Made by a program: the position numbers and the translations under genes
Part shown: positions 25,220-33,771 of the stretch, piece by piece
How the letters are laid out: every line of letters starts with the position of its first letter
Numbering within the stretch: the first letter of the stretch is position 1
Assembly: GCA_964543275.1 (NCBI GenBank)
Contig: CAZIWW010000002.1
Location: 1 to 47,637 of the forward strand
DNA length: 47,637 nucleotides
Origin: an uncultured Bdellovibrionales bacterium
GTDB taxonomy: Bacteria; Patescibacteriota; Minisyncoccia; Moranbacterales; UBA11712
Reading direction: 5' to 3'
Notes under the pieces: generated by a model
Told to the model about the DNA's origin: nothing
Seen by the model: the letters and a program-made list of their open reading frames with translations, nothing else
Databases searched by the model: none

Positions 25220-27499
25220 TCACTCCAACCCCAATCTGTATAACTTTACCGTATCCGATTTTTTATCGGAATAAACCTCGCTTCCATCAGCGGCGCGGAC
25301 CCCGAAAGTGATTTCATTTTCGCCCGGCGCAACATCATTTAAGTCAACCAAAATTTTCTGACGCTTGTCAATCTGGGTTAGGTATTTATCATACACCTCT
25401 CGATTATTAAAGAAAACTTTGAGGCCTAAGGGTTTTTTAACTTTGACATTGAAAGTAAATTTAGCGCTCTTCGCATTTTGTGACATATTAACCAGCTTTA
25501 CTCCCGCCCCGTTCTCGGCCCAGCGCTGAAGACCGCTCTTGGACTTGCTCCTGCCTATCCAATGCTCATTAGTAAAATCCATTGCCAAAAACAAACCTTG
25601 AGGCATAAAATTTTTATCCACCTGGCAGGCATACAAAAATTCATCCTCATACTCATCCGAACATTTTATAACGTTTTTGACATAGGCCCTGGCCGCATAA
25701 AACATATTGGGCTTGTCCTCTTTCTTGGGATCTCCTTTAAGACCCTCCTTATCTAAAATCACATAGCGAATGTTATAGTAATTTAGAATTTCATTAGAAA
25801 TAGAATAATAAGCGTCTTTCATCATATCTGTGTCATTCTGCTTCTCCTTGCCTTTAGGGATATCATAAAGCAAAGCCCGAATGATGGGCGTGCCTCTATG
25901 GAAAGAATATTTGCCTTCCTCAACCCGAGCAAAGTTATAATTGTTGATGGTGCGCTTGCGGTGGATGCTTCTCCAAACTAAATCCCGCGAAGCAAAATCG
26001 TAGTCAGTGTTGCCCGGAACCTCCAAGACATTATACTCTCCTTTGTCCTGACCTAGTTTTTCGTAAAAAGATGAATGCGCCAAAACATTAACTTTGAGCG
26101 GGATTGCCAAAAACTCAACAGCTATAATAACTCCAAACAGCACATACACAAATTTTGCAGCCAAAATTCGAAAACCTCTTTTAGGGAGCTGAAACGTCAC
26201 ATCTTCTTTATTCCTGTCTTTGTTAGACTTAGATCCATTGCCGGCCACAAGCCCGCCTATAAACCGAAGCCCAAACGCCGCCAGAACCGAAAAAGCCAGC
26301 ATGGCCCAAACGAAATATCTTCCCACCGTCCTGATATTTTCATAGAAAGGAAGATGCTTGTAGATCCACATATAAGGCATTATCACCGGCGGATCGAGCA
26401 CTCCTTTATAGTGAAGATATGGTCCAAGCGACAACGTATAGAATCCCAGCCCGACCAAAATCCAGAAAATAACTACTTTTTTCTCTTTTATCCTCCTCCA
26501 GCCGATAATAGACCCAATTAACGCCGCGAGAGACAAAAACAGCACTGAATAGCCAGCATAAATAGAGAAATTACTCTTGGTCTTTCTTTCAAATTGTTCC
26601 CGCAGGCCAAAAAATGTGTCTGGCCAGAGAGAATGAAACCGAGGCGGAATTAAAACACTTAAAGAATCATTGGAGTATTTTACTGCCGACTCGAGTCCGG
26701 GGTCAAGAAAATTTTCTTCCGAAGTGGCTACTTTAATGAGCGATTGGAACATTACAGAAAACACAACGGTAAACACAACCACGCTTATCATAAAATAGAG
26801 CCAGAATTTGGGACGAATAAAAACTTTGGGCTGGGTAAAAATCTTGTAAACCGCAAAAAGCAAAACAAAAATCAAGGTAAAAGCCAGAAGCTGATGCTCG
26901 GTAAATCCTATTAAACCAAGAAACAGACCCGCTAAAACAAAATTCTTAAATTTTAGATCTTCGAAAAATTTAAACAAGCACAGAGCAAAAAACGGCAGCC
27001 ATTCCTGATGCATAGTTCCTACATTAGTGCTCATAGCGTTATGCATATGAAAGGGCGAAAAAGCGAAAATTATTCCAGCTAAGAGAGCCGGCCAAACAGC
27101 AAGAAAAGTTTTGTCCTCGCCGAAAGACCTTCGCAAAAAATACCTAGCCAAAAGAAAAGCGCCCAGTCCCGACATTACAAAAGAAAAAAAGAAGAGCAAG
27201 TTGTAAGCCGCCACTCTTCCCGTAATAAGTTGCAAGTAAGCATAGATGGTAATTATTCCAAATTGTGAACTTTTTATTAGATTGAAAGTTCCTTTGAAGA
27301 ACCCTTCATCAGCTAAAAAATTAGCCTGATTGCCCGCCGCTCCGATCACCTGCATCGTATCTGCTCCCCAGCTGGGAACCGCGGATGTGAAATTAATCAC
27401 CACCGGCCAGGTTAAGACCGCTGCCAGGATAGCATAAAACAGAATTACGTAAAAAATTGTGTAATATTTTTTTAGGTTTTTGGGTTTGACATTTAGCAT
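25220..27499 (-). CDS. very large polytopic membrane protein with soluble C-terminal beta-rich domain, GT-C-like candidate
   Basis: 759 aa; the N-terminal 460 aa or so contains at least 11 hydrophobic spans (first loop SWGADTMQ), and the C-terminal 290 aa or so is hydrophilic. Confidence 0.55.
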   Translation of the reverse strand: MLNVKPKNLKKYYTIFYVILFYAILAAVLTWPVVINFTSAVPSWGADTMQVIGAAGNQANFLADEGFFKGTFNLIKSSQFGIITIYAYLQLITGRVAAYNLLFFFSFVMSGLGAFLLARYFLRRSFGEDKTFLAVWPALLAGIIFAFSPFHMHNAMSTNVGTMHQEWLPFFALCLFKFFEDLKFKNFVLAGLFLGLIGFTEHQLLAFTLIFVLLFAVYKIFTQPKVFIRPKFWLYFMISVVVFTVVFSVMFQSLIKVATSEENFLDPGLESAVKYSNDSLSVLIPPRFHSLWPDTFFGLREQFERKTKSNFSIYAGYSVLFLSLAALIGSIIGWRRIKEKKVVIFWILVGLGFYTLSLGPYLHYKGVLDPPVIMPYMWIYKHLPFYENIRTVGRYFVWAMLAFSVLAAFGLRFIGGLVAGNGSKSNKDRNKEDVTFQLPKRGFRILAAKFVYVLFGVIIAVEFLAIPLKVNVLAHSSFYEKLGQDKGEYNVLEVPGNTDYDFASRDLVWRSIHRKRTINNYNFARVEEGKYSFHRGTPIIRALLYDIPKGKEKQNDTDMMKDAYYSISNEILNYYNIRYVILDKEGLKGDPKKEDKPNMFYAARAYVKNVIKCSDEYEDEFLYACQVDKNFMPQGLFLAMDFTNEHWIGRSKSKSGLQRWAENGAGVKLVNMSQNAKSAKFTFNVKVKKPLGLKVFFNNREVYDKYLTQIDKRQKILVDLNDVAPGENEITFGVRAADGSEVYSDKKSDTVKLYRLGLE

Positions 27500-27532
27500 A
27501 ACCGATTATGGAAAGCGCTGAATAATATTATT

Positions 27533-27617
27533 TTGTCATGCTGAATTTATTTCAGCATCTCTCATAAATAAGCTGTTTCAAAACCCACGAGATCCTAAAA
27601 CAAGTTCAGGATGACAA
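27533..27617. repeat. two inverted copies of a 29-nt hairpin unit TTGTCATSCTGAAYTTRTTTYAGSATCTC
   Basis: Left unit 27533-27561 (stem ATGCTGAA / TTCAGCAT). The right unit 27589-27617 reads TTGTCATCCTGAACTTGTTTTAGGATCTC on the opposite strand. Confidence 0.85.
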
Positions 27618-27692
27618 TTTTTTAGTGGTTTCGTTATTCACGCTCTATATTATAACACATCCTAAATTTCATTGGATACCGGAAATTGGATA

Positions 27693-28919
27693 TTAGACAT
27701 TACTAGCCAGCTTGCTTCTCAAATACTCGTAATACCCACTATCGCGACTATTCTTATTCGTATAATCTTTCAAAGATTTTTCATACGCTTTCTCGCCCAT
27801 CCGCTTTCTTAAACCATCATCAGCTACTAGCCTCTCCAGCTTTTCTTTCCATTCGGAAATATCAGTTGCCGTAAACCCATCCACGCCGTCCGAAACAGCT
27901 TCCCGAAAAGTCCGCGTGGCCGAAGCCACTGTAGGCACTTTTAAAATTCCGGCCTCAAAAAATTTGAGCTCGCTCTTGGACTCGCAGAAAGGATTGCCTA
28001 CTTCCAACGGCACGATGCTTATATCCACCATAGAAATATTCTCAAAATGTTTGTCGCGCGGGACATAAGACACTCGCTCAATGCGATCTTGAAACTTATC
28101 AAACTCGCTACTTATATCCAATGGCCCCGCCAAAAAAAGCTTCGTTTGCGGATACTTTTCCAAAATGTAAATTAACGCGTCTTCCGCAACCGCAAAATCC
28201 TTATTGTGACTGATAGTCCCGCTAAAATAGCCAATCACCGCATTACTTTTCCTCCCCGCGTTTGATGGGAGGTGTCCAGAGATACTTTGTGTCGGGAAAC
28301 GAAGAGATGCCTTCTTTATTTTCTCTACCGCCATCAAATCGCGATTAGAAAGTTTGTTGGCTGAAATAAAAACTTTTTTACCGTAAGCTCGCAGCTTTTC
28401 CGCCAAAAAAGATGTAGTAGTCGTGCAAGCCTTCACATAAGGATCTCGAAGTATTTCTCCGCCTACGCCGTTTTCATACAGCTTCCTTTCAAGCGGATTC
28501 ATCTGTTTATGATAGTCCATATACTTGAGATATTTTGGGTCGTAAACTAAATCATCAGTTTCAAAAATAATTTCTTTGTCTTGTTTTTTTATTCTCTCGA
28601 TCAATTTTCGCACTGACGAAGTGAAAAGAACCCGGTGGAAAATAAAAATCTTAAATTTGTCCGCGTATCTGACAAGAAGCGGATTATCTTGAACAGTTAT
28701 AGAACATTTAAATCCATGCAGACTTAACTCCTCCGCCTGATGGTGAGCCCGGTAGAGCGCGCTGTCCCCCACCCCGCCGGTGATAAACAAAATATCCCCC
28801 GAGCCAACTCTCCCAAACATGGCAAAAAAAGCCGAGCCAACCCGCTTCCCGCCTCTTATTAAGCCGTCTCGTTTAATTGTGTTAACAGCTTTGCCTGCTT
28901 TTATTAAAAGTAATTTCAT
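27693..28919 (-). CDS. glycosyltransferase, GT-B fold
   Basis: 408 aa; the C-terminal half has GT-B features (GYFSGTISHNKD, SELKFFEAGILKVPTVAS); the N-terminal half is not recognised. Confidence 0.65.
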   Translation of the reverse strand: MKLLLIKAGKAVNTIKRDGLIRGGKRVGSAFFAMFGRVGSGDILFITGGVGDSALYRAHHQAEELSLHGFKCSITVQDNPLLVRYADKFKIFIFHRVLFTSSVRKLIERIKKQDKEIIFETDDLVYDPKYLKYMDYHKQMNPLERKLYENGVGGEILRDPYVKACTTTTSFLAEKLRAYGKKVFISANKLSNRDLMAVEKIKKASLRFPTQSISGHLPSNAGRKSNAVIGYFSGTISHNKDFAVAEDALIYILEKYPQTKLFLAGPLDISSEFDKFQDRIERVSYVPRDKHFENISMVDISIVPLEVGNPFCESKSELKFFEAGILKVPTVASATRTFREAVSDGVDGFTATDISEWKEKLERLVADDGLRKRMGEKAYEKSLKDYTNKNSRDSGYYEYLRSKLASNV

Positions 28920-29137
28920 GCTCTATTCTTTTCTTAAGTATTCACTCGCTTTTAAAACCAGAACACAACTCGGTCCGTGAGTGATTTTACTCCTCCATCG
29001 CCATTTTTACTATTTCTCTAAGTCTTAATTTTTATTAACTTCATCAAGCCTATTCCTTTTCTTCCGGATTCGTTTTTCCAAGCTTTAATCCCCTTGCCAT
29101 AAACATCCTTAATAAATCGCTCACACAATGTCTTTCC

Positions 29138-29165
29138 GTTTACAGTATACTGTAATACTGTAAAC
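29138..29165. repeat. palindrome GTTTACAGTAT-ACTGTA-ATACTGTAAAC (variant of the CAGTAT-N6-ATACTG motif)
   Basis: Perfect 11-bp arms with a 6-nt spacer, 10 nt below the GT4 stop at 29175. Confidence 0.9.
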
Positions 29166-29174
29166 GAATATCGG

Positions 29175-30320
29175 CTATTTTAACAACGAATTGAAAATTC
29201 TAAACAATCTTTCCGCTTCCTCCTCCTCGCTAAAACCTTTAGAATTGTAATTCACAGAACATTTTTTCCAACTAGCTAAGATGTTTTTTAAATCGCCAAT
29301 CGTTCTTAAATAAAATCCCTTTTCTCCCAACCTCGCCCTATTAAATTTATTTTCAAAACAAATTATCGGCAGATCAGCGGCTATATAGTTCGCTAATTTC
29401 CCGCTTGATTCGGCGCTTCCTTGCTTGGGGTCAATGGCCGCGTCGGCCACGGCAAGAAAATGCGGCAGAGAGAAATAACTCACTTTTCCCATTAAAATTA
29501 TTTTATCCTCCAAGGAATTTTGCTTGATATAGTCTTGATATTTTTCTTCGTCGTCCCCGTATCCGCCCAAAGCCAGCTTCCATTCTAGATTACCTTTTAT
29601 AACCTCGGAAAAAGCTTTTAATAATTCTTTTACGCCTTTACTGCCGCTCAACCCGCCAATGTAGATAAGCAGTTTTTTATTCCGCTTCCAGCTTCTAAGC
29701 TGGCTAATTCTGCTATGATCTTTAGCAGACAACGCCGGCGGATTTTTAAATAAATCCAAGTCAATTCCGTCCCTGACAACACTTATGCTTTCTTTCTTTT
29801 TGTAAGCCACCTTGATTTTCTCCAGCGCGTTTTCACTGCTCAAGATTACCCAATCAGCCCAATTAATTACCATTCTGGAAAACAAGCTAAAAAATCGCCG
29901 GGCAAAAACATTTTTTTTGCTGTAGCTTTTAAACTCCTCTTGCAGATCGCCCTGCAAATCAAAAACGATCGGAATTTTTTTGAAAGCCAGCTTTTTCGCC
30001 AAGTATCCGATCCCCAAACCTTCGTATAAATGAGCGTGGATTATGTCAGGCTTGAATTTTTTAATCTCCCGCCGGCATAAAAAAATAAGTTTGATATCCA
30101 GCCAAACTTTTCCCCAAGAAAAACCGGGAGTTGTTTTTTTATACCAGCTCGCTTTGCCGATCCTTGCAATGTCCAGACCTGGAATATCCCGTCCGATATG
30201 ATAAGCGCAAATTCTCACCTCGGCTCCAAGCTTTTGCAAATACTTCGCTTCGCTGTAAATACGAATATGGCAGCCCCGGTCGGAAAAAAACGGCGTGGCG
30301 GCAATGGTTAAGATCTTCAT
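29175..30320 (-). CDS. glycosyltransferase family 4-like (GT-B)
   Basis: ATG at 30320 (MKILTIAATPFF) preferred over the TTG at 30326; GT-B layout with GGLSGSKGV and C-terminal SGKLANYIAADLPIICF segments. Confidence 0.7.
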   Translation of the reverse strand: MKILTIAATPFFSDRGCHIRIYSEAKYLQKLGAEVRICAYHIGRDIPGLDIARIGKASWYKKTTPGFSWGKVWLDIKLIFLCRREIKKFKPDIIHAHLYEGLGIGYLAKKLAFKKIPIVFDLQGDLQEEFKSYSKKNVFARRFFSLFSRMVINWADWVILSSENALEKIKVAYKKKESISVVRDGIDLDLFKNPPALSAKDHSRISQLRSWKRNKKLLIYIGGLSGSKGVKELLKAFSEVIKGNLEWKLALGGYGDDEEKYQDYIKQNSLEDKIILMGKVSYFSLPHFLAVADAAIDPKQGSAESSGKLANYIAADLPIICFENKFNRARLGEKGFYLRTIGDLKNILASWKKCSVNYNSKGFSEEEEAERLFRIFNSLLK

Positions 30321-30409
30321 AAACAATGATCAGCGAACAGCGAACAACGACCAATGATCAATAATAAACAAAGGCTTTTATTGTTCACTGCTCGCTAATT
30401 CTTGTTTAT
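30319..30409. repeat. 29-position imperfect inverted repeat spanning the whole spacer; left arm is five tandem GAHCARY heptamers
   Basis: 30319-30347 pairs with 30381-30409 (24 Watson-Crick plus 1 G-T of 29 by my count) around a 33-nt loop; the outer 8 bp include the GT4 start codon region. Confidence 0.8.
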
Positions 30410-30419
30410 TGCTTATTGA

Positions 30420-30770
30420 TTATTCTTTAAAAGTTAATCCAAATCCAACATACGTTACTGCGGAATCGTCATCCGCGTCGTACCACTTTTTCAAAACTTG
30501 CTTCAATTCCTTGAGACTACTTATGCCAGTTTGTCGAGCCTCTTCTTCTGTTAACTCCTTTACCTTTTTCACATCAACTCTCTTAATCGTAGCTCGACCA
30601 ATTCTTTCATCAGCTTTTCCTTCAAATAAATTAGGTTTGTCTGAAAGATACACAAGCACTTCTTGTCATAATTTAAAGTATTGTTCACCATCCAGAACCG
30701 TCGCTTTTTTCGTTCCGTTAAAAAGAGGTTCTTTATATACTCCAGAAAAATGAAAAGCTAGCATCGCCAT
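30420..30770 (-). pseudogene. ASCH-domain protein gene interrupted by one in-frame TGA
   Basis: The minus-strand frame from ATG 30770 reads MAMLAFHFSGVYKEPLFNGTKKATVLDGEQYFKL*QEVLVYLSDKPNLFEGK... and continues into ORF 30420-30659; the stop is at 30666-30668. Confidence 0.7.
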
Positions 30771-30806
30771 AAATCTTTTCCAAAATTATTGATCACTGAT
30801 CCTTGA

Positions 30807-31754
30807 TTATTGTTCATTGACGCTCTTTATCCTATAATTCATCTTCCCTTGCGACTTATAGTAGTTTTTTACAGCAATATCCGCCAGAAGTCCAAAGACA
30901 AAAAGCTGGATGCCCATCAAAACCAAAAACACGGCAATTAGTGGCCAGATTTTATTAGCCAAAGGAAAAGAATAGAAAACCCTGGCGATCCCCAAGCCCA
31001 GCCCCAGCGCAAAGCCAAGAAAAAACACCACCAACCCTCCCGCGCCAAAAAGATGCAAAGGGCGATTGGCGTATTTTTTCCAGAACCAAACGCTTATCAT
31101 ATCCACAAAACCTTTGATGGCCCTTTTCCAGTTATACTTTGACAAGCCATACCGGCGCGGATAATGGCTGACCTCGACTTCACCGATCCGAAATCCCTGA
31201 ACTTTGAGTAAAGCCGGAATGAAACGATGCATCTCTCCAAAAAGATCAAGATCTTCAAAACATTCCCGCTTATACGCTTTAAGACTGCAACCGGAGTCGT
31301 GAACATCATCGTCAATTAGAATCTTGCGCAACACATTAGCGCCTCGAGAGAAAACTTTTTTTGAAAAACTGTCCTGACGCCTGACCCTCCACCCGGAAAC
31401 AACATCGTAGCCCTCCTGCATTTTGTCCAAAAGCAACTTTATATCCGCCGGATCGTTCTGTAAATCACCATCCATAGTAATAATGATTTCTCCCCGGGAA
31501 TTTTTAATTCCGGCGTCAAAAGCCGCCGTCTGGCCAAAATTCTTTCTAAAAGTTATCAGCTTCAATGGAGATAATTTCCTGCATATTTCATTGGTTTTAT
31601 CCATGCTTCCATCATCCACAAAAACAATTTCAATGCTCTTGCTCAAATTTCGGCAGGCTCCGACTATTCTTCGGTGCAGCTCTTCTATATTTCCCTCTTC
31701 ATTCAGAAGCGGCACCACGATCGATAAATACGGTTTTTCACTGGAATTTTCCAT
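30807..31754 (-). CDS. polyprenyl-phosphate glycosyltransferase, ArnC/GtrB-like GT2
   Basis: LSIVVPLLNEEGNI, VDDGSMD and MDGDLQNDP motifs plus two C-terminal TM helices. Confidence 0.85.
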   Translation of the reverse strand: MENSSEKPYLSIVVPLLNEEGNIEELHRRIVGACRNLSKSIEIVFVDDGSMDKTNEICRKLSPLKLITFRKNFGQTAAFDAGIKNSRGEIIITMDGDLQNDPADIKLLLDKMQEGYDVVSGWRVRRQDSFSKKVFSRGANVLRKILIDDDVHDSGCSLKAYKRECFEDLDLFGEMHRFIPALLKVQGFRIGEVEVSHYPRRYGLSKYNWKRAIKGFVDMISVWFWKKYANRPLHLFGAGGLVVFFLGFALGLGLGIARVFYSFPLANKIWPLIAVFLVLMGIQLFVFGLLADIAVKNYYKSQGKMNYRIKSVNEQ

Positions 31755-31808
31755 AGCTTTATGGTAGCCTAAATTTAAGCTTATGGCAATAAACTTTGGA
31801 CGAGATTT

Positions 31809-33560
31809 ATGATTTATAATTTACGATTTGCGAAGATATTCCTTGATTTAGTCTTATTTTTTTTATTTTTCGGCTGGGTAATTTTACTCTTCGCCGCCAT
31901 CGGAAAATTCTCCAGCGGAACTGTCGCTGTTTCAATCGCCGTCGGCGCAATCGCGGCTATCATTTCAAGTAAAAATGTCAGCAGTATTAAATTATTAGAC
32001 AGTAAATTTTGGCTGCCCGTAATTTTAATTTCACTAATAGCAAGCTTTGTCACTTGCTACTTCGCCTCCCCCACTATCTTTGGCGGACGGGACCAGGGAT
32101 CTATTGCCACCGCGGCTATTTATCTTAATAAAAACCACCAACTTAAATTTTCGACGCCGCTTTCCCAAGATTTATTTGAAAAATACGGACCGGGACGGGC
32201 GCTTAACTTTCCAGGCTTTGATTATACTAAAGATGGAAAACTCATCTCCCGCTTTCCAGTTGCTTACACTTCTTATCTCGCCGCCGCTCACAATATCTTT
32301 GGACTTGATGGTATTCAATATGCCAATTTTATCCCGCTCTTCCTATTCTTTATAACTTTCTGGCTAATCATGCGAAATTTCTTTTCCGAGACCATCTCTT
32401 TTTTAGGGTTTTTGCTAGCCATAACTTTCTTTCCATTTCTCTGGTTTGCCAAATACACTCTTACGGAAATTTACACGCTCTTTCTTGTTTGGACTGGAAT
32501 TTACTTCCTCATCATCTCTTTTAGGGATCCGACCCCTAAAACTAAAGTTCTCGCTATTTCACTGGCTGCTTTTGCCATTTCAGCGCTTGCCCGAATCGAG
32601 GGAATCGTCTTCTTTCTGCTGGCTATTATCTATATTGTTCTTATGGCCAAGAAAAAAATCATAACTCTTCCCAAAAACTTCTATAAATTCCTATCAATTT
32701 CCATATTATTTCTGTTAATTCTCTATCTATTTCTCAACTTCCCCGCCCTCGCCGACAGCGCCAAAAATGCTGCTAAGACGTTCTTGCCGGAATACTCCAA
32801 AGAGTCCAACCCTTCTTCAGGTTTATATCTTAAGCTATTAACCCTCTTCGCAACTTACAACTTTCTGGTTTATGTAATTTTAGGCTTAGTCGGCGTTTTC
32901 TACTTGGTTTTTAACGTTAGAAAAAAACTAGCCAGCCCTGAATTCTTAATTATCTTTATTTTATTCCCATCCCTAATTTATTTAATCGCGCCGTTAATCT
33001 CGCTTGACGATCCATGGCTGTTCCGCCGCTACGTCTTCGCCGTTTTTCCTATGCTGATTTTTTTCAGCGTCTATGTCTTAAATAAATTTTTTCTTCACAA
33101 AATATTCTTATATTTAACACTCGCGGTTCTCATCGCGGCTAACGGAGTTGTAAGTTACCGCTTCATCGCCCAGTATGAAAACAAAAAACTCCTTCCCCAA
33201 ATCGAAGAAATTTCCAAAAACTTCAGCTCTGACGACCTTATTCTAGTCGACAGAATGGCAACCGACAGCGGCTGGTCATTAATGAGCGAACCGCTAAACA
33301 CAATTTACAATAGGCAAGCGGTTTACTTTTTCAACGCCGACGATCTAAAATTTATCGACCAGAGCCGCTACCAAAATATTTATCTTATTGCCCCTTTCAC
33401 TGAAGGAAAAATCTGGCATAAGGAACTCGACAAAAAACCGGTTAAATTTATAACCCTTTCCAATAATTACTTCGAACCAACTCAAGAAAAATTTAGACTG
33501 GCCCAGGAAATTGAATCCAAGATTGCCATTGGAATTTGGAAGATAAAACCGAACCACTAA
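31809..33560 (+). CDS. ArnT/PMT-like GT-C membrane glycosyltransferase candidate
   Basis: 583 aa with about 13 hydrophobic spans, first external loop IFGGRDQGS and a soluble C-terminal domain; divergent from the ArnC-like gene across 54 nt. Confidence 0.6.
   Translation: MIYNLRFAKIFLDLVLFFLFFGWVILLFAAIGKFSSGTVAVSIAVGAIAAIISSKNVSSIKLLDSKFWLPVILISLIASFVTCYFASPTIFGGRDQGSIATAAIYLNKNHQLKFSTPLSQDLFEKYGPGRALNFPGFDYTKDGKLISRFPVAYTSYLAAAHNIFGLDGIQYANFIPLFLFFITFWLIMRNFFSETISFLGFLLAITFFPFLWFAKYTLTEIYTLFLVWTGIYFLIISFRDPTPKTKVLAISLAAFAISALARIEGIVFFLLAIIYIVLMAKKKIITLPKNFYKFLSISILFLLILYLFLNFPALADSAKNAAKTFLPEYSKESNPSSGLYLKLLTLFATYNFLVYVILGLVGVFYLVFNVRKKLASPEFLIIFILFPSLIYLIAPLISLDDPWLFRRYVFAVFPMLIFFSVYVLNKFFLHKIFLYLTLAVLIAANGVVSYRFIAQYENKKLLPQIEEISKNFSSDDLILVDRMATDSGWSLMSEPLNTIYNRQAVYFFNADDLKFIDQSRYQNIYLIAPFTEGKIWHKELDKKPVKFITLSNNYFEPTQEKFRLAQEIESKIAIGIWKIKPNH
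32519..32540. repeat. intragenic copy of the 22-mer TTTTAGGGATCCGAYCCCTAAA
   Basis: Matches 2721-2742 at 21 of 22 positions; encodes SFRDPTPK in a loop of the GT-C candidate. Confidence 0.6.
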
Positions 33561-33643
33561 AGAATAGTAATTTTTTAACAAACGCCCGTTTAAATCCCGC
33601 TTTGGCGGGATGAGTTCAAGCGGAGTGAGAAAATTACTATTCT
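33561..33643 (+). other. 83-nt nested rod-like hairpin immediately after the GT-C gene stop
   Basis: Outer perfect 14-bp stem AGAATAGTAATTTT (33561-33574) / AAAATTACTATTCT (33630-33643); inner perfect 7-bp stem ATCCCGC-TTTG-GCGGGAT (33594-33611); partial pairing between them. Confidence 0.6.
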
Positions 33644-33703
33644 CCAATGACCTTATGAGAGATAACACGCAATTATTCACTGCTCTCTAAAGCCAATTCT
33701 CGC

Positions 33704-33725
33704 TTCAGTATACTAGTATACTGAA
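33704..33725. repeat. perfect 22-bp palindrome TTCAGTATACTAGTATACTGAA (copy 2)
   Basis: Identical to 11411-11432; 115 nt upstream of the galE-like start. Confidence 0.95.
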
Positions 33726-33771
33726 ATGAACTTTAGTTTTTTATTAATCATTCGCAAATTTGCTGATTAGT

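Noticed and set aside
30666-30668. In-frame TGA as evidence for an alternative genetic code (UGA = Gly or Trp)
   Set aside because: All long ORFs (RecJ, GlyA, RtcB and the 700-aa membrane proteins) are uninterrupted under the standard code. Several genes, including glyA at 23839, appear to terminate at TGA. A recoded genome would show many internal TGAs, so a single nonsense change fits better.
33561-33643. tRNA or tRNA-like gene (GAGTTCAAGCGG resembles a T-arm)
   Set aside because: The segment folds as a single nested rod, not a cloverleaf. There is no acceptor stem, D-arm or anticodon-arm layout.
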